64,000 bases of DNA from assembly GCA_001563915.1 (NCBI GenBank), contig LKMP01000002.1:32001-96000 (forward strand). Direction: 5' to 3'. This DNA comes from Nanohaloarchaea archaeon B1-Br10_U2g21 (GTDB taxonomy: Archaea; Nanohalarchaeota; Nanosalinia; Nanosalinales; Nanosalinaceae). Of the stretch, positions 58,873-64,000 are shown piece by piece; position 1 is the stretch's first letter, and each line of letters opens with the position of its first letter. The notes under the pieces were generated by a model. The model was not told where the DNA came from. It did not search any database and worked only from the letters and a program-made list of their open reading frames with translations. Position numbers and translations under genes: made by a program.

Positions 58873-59097
58873 TTATCCTCCAATAAATCCTGTAGCAACT
58901 AGTGCAACTACAAGCCCGAAGATAACCATTGTCTCCGGAATAACTGTCAGGATGAGTACTTGTCCGAAGAGTGAATCATCTTCAGCCAGTGCTCCTACTC
59001 CTGCAGTTCCGATTTTTGCCTGTGCCCAAGCTGTTGCTAGGGCTGTGACTGAAATTGCAATTGCTGCACCGATTGCTGCTAATCCTTCTACTGCCAT
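58873..59097 (-). CDS. atpK: A-type ATP synthase subunit K (c, single hairpin)
   Basis: two TM helices, IPETMVIFG with carrier Glu. Confidence 0.93.
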   Translation of the reverse strand: MAVEGLAAIGAAIAISVTALATAWAQAKIGTAGVGALAEDDSLFGQVLILTVIPETMVIFGLVVALVATGFIGG

Positions 59098-59146
59098 TGT
59101 TTTAGGTTTTCACCTCGAAATATTGTTTTTTTACCGAAAATACATT

Positions 59147-60922
59147 TCATTGGTCTTTAAATCCAAATGGACTGTATTTTCTCCCTCCTCCATGGTAGAA
59201 CCATCCAAATTGTTCTACATAATGCAGTCGTATGCCTTGAAGGAAGCCTTCCATGATTTTAATGAACGTCAGTAAAGTGTGTCCTACTATCAAAATCAGA
59301 GTTCCTGCTACTATACCCATCATAGTGCCTGAAGCATATGCAGGGCTTGCTATTGCATTGGCTGTGCCTGCTAATGTGTATGCCGCCATACAAACTCCGA
59401 AAATTCGGAGATATGAAAGCACGTTTGAAACAATGCTTGGTAGCTCAACTATACCTTCTACTCCTTCGCCTTTGTAAAGCATGAGAACTGATGGAAGTGC
59501 GATTCCTAAGCCTACAGCTAAGCCCGGTGTTGTACCATAGCTTGTTGCAGTCAAATATCCTGCTACTGCTGCAACTTGAAGGAATATCCATGAGATTTTA
59601 GCAAATATGGCCTCCATTAATCCATGACCTACGTATTCATTGTAAGCTCCTATCAGTAGCCCTAGGTTAACGTGAGCTACACCTATACCTATCGTGAGAT
59701 AGAATATCTCAGTCCACCAATCTGCTCTGTAAAATGGAGATTCATAGATTTGGAATCCAAACATTTCTCCATAGAGCAGGCCAAAGAACAAGGTGGCTCC
59801 TGATGCCCAAATCAATGCCTTAAATATTTCTGCGGCTGCTGGAAACATCTTCATACCAGCAAAGAAAACTATTGCTGTTGTGATTCCGTATCCTGCATCT
59901 CCAATCATCATTCCGAAGAATAGAGGGAATGTTAGAAATATCAGAAAGCTAGGATCCAATTCTCCGTACTTAGGCCTAGACATCAAATCCGTAAGTGATT
60001 CGAACGGCTGTACTATACTATTGTTCTTGTATTTTACAGGTGCATTTTCGCCTTGTTCTACCTCAATATGTATTTTGTTATCAGTGGCTACTTCCAGCGA
60101 ACTTTTAACATCATCAAGTTCTGATGTCGGGATCCAGCCCTCTACAATAAAGGCTTTTTCGGTTGTGCCAAAGCTTAGCGGAGCTTCAGCTTTTTCAATC
60201 CGTGTCGTGAGATATTCTTCGATATACGCTAGTTTTGGAGCCCAAGTATTTCTTAATGATGCGAAATTATTTTCTAAGCTATCTATTTCTTTCTCTATTT
60301 CTTTAATCTCTATTGATAGCTCGCGTAGAACTTCTGCAGGCTTACCATCTTCAATTGAAGGAACTTCTATTTCTTTTCCGTTTACTCGTCCTATCTCCTC
60401 CCAAATTAATTCTCTTTCAGACTGCTTAAAAACTATTAAAGATGCTTTTTCACCATGGAAAATGTCGTAGGATGTTGTAGCTGCTCTAAAACCTTCTTGT
60501 TTATTTATTAAAACGTAATCTAAACTATCTACACTTTCTAAATTCTTTAAATCTGTTTCTATACCTTTTAGTTTAGAATAAAATCTTTTCTTTTCTCGTA
60601 GTTGTTCTTTACGCCTCTTCAAATTATCTTTCTCGGATTCAAATTCTTTCAACTGTTGAGAAATACTGGATAATTCTCTTCTAACTTCTTCTACTGATGC
60701 CTCTTCTCGATCCTCTACATCGCCCATTTTAGAAATGAGAGATCTTATATCTACAAGCAGCTGGGAAATATCTTCAGAACCTGCCATAGGTGTGCCTGTC
60801 TCAAGCTCTCCATCATATACATCTAAATCCATTAGACCTAGACTGTAGAGCTCGTCCACAACAGTTTCCAGTAACGTATGAGGCGCTGTAATTGATATCT
60901 TTGACATTTCTTCGGGCTTCAC
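59147..60922 (-). CDS. atpI: A-type ATP synthase subunit I (a)
   Basis: P.YGELDP, FGMMIGDAGYG, SYLR, RLHYVE. Confidence 0.95.
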   Translation of the reverse strand: MKPEEMSKISITAPHTLLETVVDELYSLGLMDLDVYDGELETGTPMAGSEDISQLLVDIRSLISKMGDVEDREEASVEEVRRELSSISQQLKEFESEKDNLKRRKEQLREKKRFYSKLKGIETDLKNLESVDSLDYVLINKQEGFRAATTSYDIFHGEKASLIVFKQSERELIWEEIGRVNGKEIEVPSIEDGKPAEVLRELSIEIKEIEKEIDSLENNFASLRNTWAPKLAYIEEYLTTRIEKAEAPLSFGTTEKAFIVEGWIPTSELDDVKSSLEVATDNKIHIEVEQGENAPVKYKNNSIVQPFESLTDLMSRPKYGELDPSFLIFLTFPLFFGMMIGDAGYGITTAIVFFAGMKMFPAAAEIFKALIWASGATLFFGLLYGEMFGFQIYESPFYRADWWTEIFYLTIGIGVAHVNLGLLIGAYNEYVGHGLMEAIFAKISWIFLQVAAVAGYLTATSYGTTPGLAVGLGIALPSVLMLYKGEGVEGIVELPSIVSNVLSYLRIFGVCMAAYTLAGTANAIASPAYASGTMMGIVAGTLILIVGHTLLTFIKIMEGFLQGIRLHYVEQFGWFYHGGGRKYSPFGFKDQ

Positions 60923-60926
60923 ATGA

Positions 60927-61247
60927 TCACCCTAGAAACTCGTCTTCAAATTCTTCCATTAGAAATTCTAAGGCTTTTCCACTATTCTCTGCTGCCCTGT
61001 CTTTGAAATTTTGAGCTTCATCTGAGGCATCTTCCATCATTTCCTCTTCTTTTTTCTCCAGCTCTTTCTTGAACTCTTTAAGCTTACTCGCCTTCTTTTC
61101 CAGAGCAGCCTCTTCAGACTCTTTTAACATTTCCTCTGCTTTAGAGTTAGCATCTTCAAGAATTTCAGCCCGAGTTTCCTCAGCTTCTTCAATTATGGCT
61201 TTTGCATCTTTTTCCGCTCTCTGTACTTCTTGGACTACTTCAGCCAT
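60927..61247 (-). CDS. atpH: A-type ATP synthase subunit H (G)
   Basis: AE..A..IIEEA coiled coil; first gene of operon. Confidence 0.85.
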   Translation of the reverse strand: MAEVVQEVQRAEKDAKAIIEEAEETRAEILEDANSKAEEMLKESEEAALEKKASKLKEFKKELEKKEEEMMEDASDEAQNFKDRAAENSGKALEFLMEEFEDEFLG

Positions 61248-61375
61248 CGTATAAACAGCACGGAGTTAGAAAGCTTATAAAACCACTCTCGCCATCTACC
61301 CAAACACTGTTTAAAAGAGTTGCCGTATCTGCAATAGTTCCACTGATTAAAACCTTAGACATTAACACTCGTTAC

Positions 61376-62455
61376 ATGGAAGAAAGAGGCCTCAAAATCT
61401 TTGCTCCCGAGGGAGAACCCACTAAAAGCGATGAAGTATTCTACAACCCTAAAATGACTGAGAACAGAGACATCTCCGTTATCGCTGCAAAAACTTTCTT
61501 CGCAAAGGCCGATATAGAAAAACCGAATATTGCTGATCCATTATCTGGAACTGGAATAAGAGGCCTAAGATACTCGCAACTTGGCGAATTGTATCTCAAT
61601 GATGCAAACCCGAATGCAGTTGAAAGTATTGAAAAAGGCCTTGAAACTAATAATACCGAAGCAGAAGTATCCAACGATGATGCAAACGTGTTCCTGTCCA
61701 GAATGCCTAACTTTTTCCACTTCATTGACATTGATCCTTACGGACCATTCACAGAATTCTTGGACTCAACAGCTAGAGCTGCAAACTATCAGAGCTTTGT
61801 AGGCCTGACAGCGACGGATAACTCTGCTCCAACAGGCAGCTACCCCACAGTATGTCGAAGAAGGTATGGTTCCAGACCTTTGAAAAATGGTTTTATGCAC
61901 GAGACATCTCTCCGCATATATATTAAGGAAGTTTTCAGAAACTTCGCCCGGTATGACAAATGCTTCGAACCCAAAATATGCTTCCAGTACAAACATTATA
62001 CGCGAGTCATGGGACGCGTGACAGAATCAAAGCGACGCACCAACAGAAATCTTGGTAACATTGGATACCTCAGCTACTGCAACGAATGCGGCTGGAGAAA
62101 ACTAGAACGGGTAGAAAAATGCGAGCATTGCGATTCGGAAGTACAAATAGCAGGCCCACTTTGGACAGGGAAAATCTCTGATTCGCGATTCACAGAAAAA
62201 ATGCTGGAACATTTCCCAGAAAAATGGGAGACTTCAAGAGAGATAGTAGAACTCATCGACTCAGAAGCAGAAATCTTGACGCCTTTCTATGACCTCCATG
62301 AACTCTGCTCACGTCACGGCCTACAAGTCCCGAAAAGAGACAAAGTAATACAGACCCTGGAAAGAAAAGGGTATCCGGTTTCACGCACTCATTTTGGTCC
62401 TAGAGGCCTGAGAACAGATGCACCACTGGAAGATATATTGAGAATCATTGACTAA
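61376..62455 (+). CDS. trm1: tRNA (guanine-26-N2)-dimethyltransferase Trm1
   Basis: VFYNP, GTGIRGLRY, DIDPYG, TATD, GPLW, SRTHF; ATG at 61376. Confidence 0.93.
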   Translation: MEERGLKIFAPEGEPTKSDEVFYNPKMTENRDISVIAAKTFFAKADIEKPNIADPLSGTGIRGLRYSQLGELYLNDANPNAVESIEKGLETNNTEAEVSNDDANVFLSRMPNFFHFIDIDPYGPFTEFLDSTARAANYQSFVGLTATDNSAPTGSYPTVCRRRYGSRPLKNGFMHETSLRIYIKEVFRNFARYDKCFEPKICFQYKHYTRVMGRVTESKRRTNRNLGNIGYLSYCNECGWRKLERVEKCEHCDSEVQIAGPLWTGKISDSRFTEKMLEHFPEKWETSREIVELIDSEAEILTPFYDLHELCSRHGLQVPKRDKVIQTLERKGYPVSRTHFGPRGLRTDAPLEDILRIID

Positions 62456-62928
62456 TCGAGTTCTCTTTCTAATGTTACTGAATATTCTTTGAATTCGTGT
62501 TTTCTGTAGAAGTTTATTGCTCCTGTATTTTCTGCAGATGCTTCTACTCTTGCTCTTTCTACTCCTCTTTCTTTACTCCATGTAACGAAATTCTTAAACA
62601 TTTCTGAGCCAAGACCTTCTCCTCTATACTTTGGTTCAATGTACATGGTTTCTGCTTCTGCTATTTGATCTGTGTCTCTAAATTCTTCAGCTTGGTTTAT
62701 TCCGCCGATAAGATATCCGATTATTTCTTCTTCAACTTCTGCTACTATAGCAAAACCGTTTTCTTGATTTATTCGAGAATCGAAATATTCTTCTGCTTCT
62801 TCAGAAAGATTCCAGTCAGGATCTATAGTCTGATCAAATTCTTCTTCTTCCTTCAAACTAAGGTTTCTGCTTAGGTTCTTGAGGTAATTAATGTCTTCAT
62901 CTACTGCATCTCTAATTTCGAATTTCAT
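62452..62928 (-). CDS. GNAT N-acetyltransferase
   Basis: YRGEGLGS, N.GAINFYRK. Confidence 0.9.
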   Translation of the reverse strand: MKFEIRDAVDEDINYLKNLSRNLSLKEEEEFDQTIDPDWNLSEEAEEYFDSRINQENGFAIVAEVEEEIIGYLIGGINQAEEFRDTDQIAEAETMYIEPKYRGEGLGSEMFKNFVTWSKERGVERARVEASAENTGAINFYRKHEFKEYSVTLERELD

Positions 62929-62967
62929 TGCAAATTAAAGAGAAAAAGATAGAGGGTTTTTAGGCCT

Positions 62968-64000
62968 CTAATTTGATTTTTCTTCTAGCTCGTCTTCTAG
63001 ACCTAGTTTTTCTGCGAGTTCTTTGTAGCGGTTTCTGATGGTGACTTCTGTTACTCCTACTACATCTGCCACTTCCCTCTGTGTTCGTTTTTCGCCTTCT
63101 AAGACTGCTGCGATGTAAAGTGCTGCTGCAGCGAGGCCTGTTGGCCCTCTTCCGCTGAGTAGATCTCTTTCTCTTGCTTCTTTGAGTATGTTTCTTGCTC
63201 TTGCTTGGACCTCTCCGCTTAATTGGAGTTTTCCTGCAAATCTTGGTACGTAGTCTTGTGGTTTGGCCGGCAGGATTCTGAGGCCTAGTTCTCTTGCTAC
63301 GTATCTGTATGCTCGTCCAATTTCTCTTTTTTCGATTCCTGATGCGTCACTGATTTCGTCTAGTGTTCTTGGCGTTCCTTGTTTTCTTGCAACGATGTAG
63401 ATAAGTGCAGAGATTATGGATTCCATTGATCGTCCGCGTACGAGGCCTTGGTCGACTGCTTTTTCGTATAGTCTTGCTGTTTCTTCGTGGACTGATTCAG
63501 GGAGGTTGAGGTTTGAGATCATTGAGTTTAGTTCGCTCAATGCAAACCCTAGGTTTCGGTCTTTACTCTTCGTGAGTCTTTTGTGCCATTTTCTTAGCCT
63601 ATAATATTGGGCTCTTTTGTTTCCGCTGACTTTGTATAGTTCTCCAGAACCTTTTCCAATTTCTGTGGACATACCCATGTCGTGTTTAGTATAAGTTAGA
63701 GGTTGTCCTGCTCGAGCTTTTTTCTCTTTTTCTTCAGCGTTGAATGCTCTCCATTCTGCAGATTCATCGATTCGGTCTTCGTCTATGACCGTTCCACATT
63801 CTATACAGATTAGCTCTCCTTTGGCAGAGTCTTCTTCGAAGCGTTGTGCGCCACATTCTGGACATGTTAGTACTGTGTCGCCTTCTTCAGCTTCTTCCTG
63901 TCTTACTTCATACCCTTCTTCGGTTTCTTCTCCTTCTTCCAGTGTTTCAGTTTCTTCTTGTTCTTCTTCCTGTTTCCACTCATCAGGGATATCGTACTCA
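62968..64000 (-). CDS. tfb: transcription initiation factor TFB (5' end beyond window)
   Basis: frame open to window end: CPECG...CIECG Zn ribbon, EWRAF, two cyclin repeats, GVTEVTIRNRY. Confidence 0.95.
   Translation of the reverse strand, partial: EYDIPDEWKQEEEQEETETLEEGEETEEGYEVRQEEAEEGDTVLTCPECGAQRFEEDSAKGELICIECGTVIDEDRIDESAEWRAFNAEEKEKKARAGQPLTYTKHDMGMSTEIGKGSGELYKVSGNKRAQYYRLRKWHKRLTKSKDRNLGFALSELNSMISNLNLPESVHEETARLYEKAVDQGLVRGRSMESIISALIYIVARKQGTPRTLDEISDASGIEKREIGRAYRYVARELGLRILPAKPQDYVPRFAGKLQLSGEVQARARNILKEARERDLLSGRGPTGLAAAALYIAAVLEGEKRTQREVADVVGVTEVTIRNRYKELAEKLGLEDELEEKSN

Noticed and set aside
59088-59150. 20-codon ORF from an ATGA overlap at the atpI stop into atpK
   Set aside because: Less exact junction than the other mini-ORFs and atpK has its own strong SD; could easily be chance
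61202-61375. N-terminal extensions in the ORF track for Trm1, uS15, Spt4 and the phosphoesterase
   Set aside because: They overlap neighbouring genes or promoters; downstream starts match family N-termini
1300-63604. Numerous Ser/Phe-rich ORFs antisense to real genes (e.g. 1300-1554, 2699-3154, 13199-13606, 59793-60470)
   Set aside because: Shadow frames produced by GAA/GAT-rich acidic coding on the opposite strand
1-64000. CRISPR array, rRNA, transposase, integrase or intein
   Set aside because: No regularly spaced repeats, rRNA-like stretches or recombinase/transposase motifs seen; AtpA, Cdc6 and TFB core have normal lengths

Overview
AT-rich, gene-dense archaeal chromosome segment with a strongly acidic proteome and reduced gene sets, most consistent with a halophilic DPANN archaeon (Nanohaloarchaeota-like; inference). 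Core content: Cdc6/Orc1, oapABC, four tRNAs (Cys, Thr with intron, Ile, Lys with intron), ribosomal proteins eS1/uS15/eS31/eS24/eS6, RecJ-like DHH protein, t6A genes (kae1, sua5, bud32), two Kef antiporters, TrkAH, RpoE'/Spt4, aIF2-gamma, photolyase, a histone-fold protein, MoxR/DUF58 operon, a complete A-type ATP synthase operon, Trm1 and TFB (partial). Most notable: (1) a module inserted in the conserved aIF2g-PIN-rpoE operon encoding an MscS channel fused to a C39/phytochelatin-synthase-like Cys protease, an intact plus a degenerate RimK ATP-grasp ligase, and a DUF1611-like P-loop protein; (2) a cassette-like array at the tRNA-Thr 3' end with an ~80-bp degenerate direct repeat, each unit being a small acidic ORF plus a 5'-truncated gene; (3) an 859-aa endonuclease-IV-like TIM barrel with a very large insertion, paired with a 546-aa unknown protein, next to MoxR/DUF58 and a nucleotidyltransferase-HEPN gene; (4) an unknown gene between atpA and atpB, and mini-ORFs that exactly bridge operon gaps. 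All family assignments are from motif recognition by eye; no searches were run.
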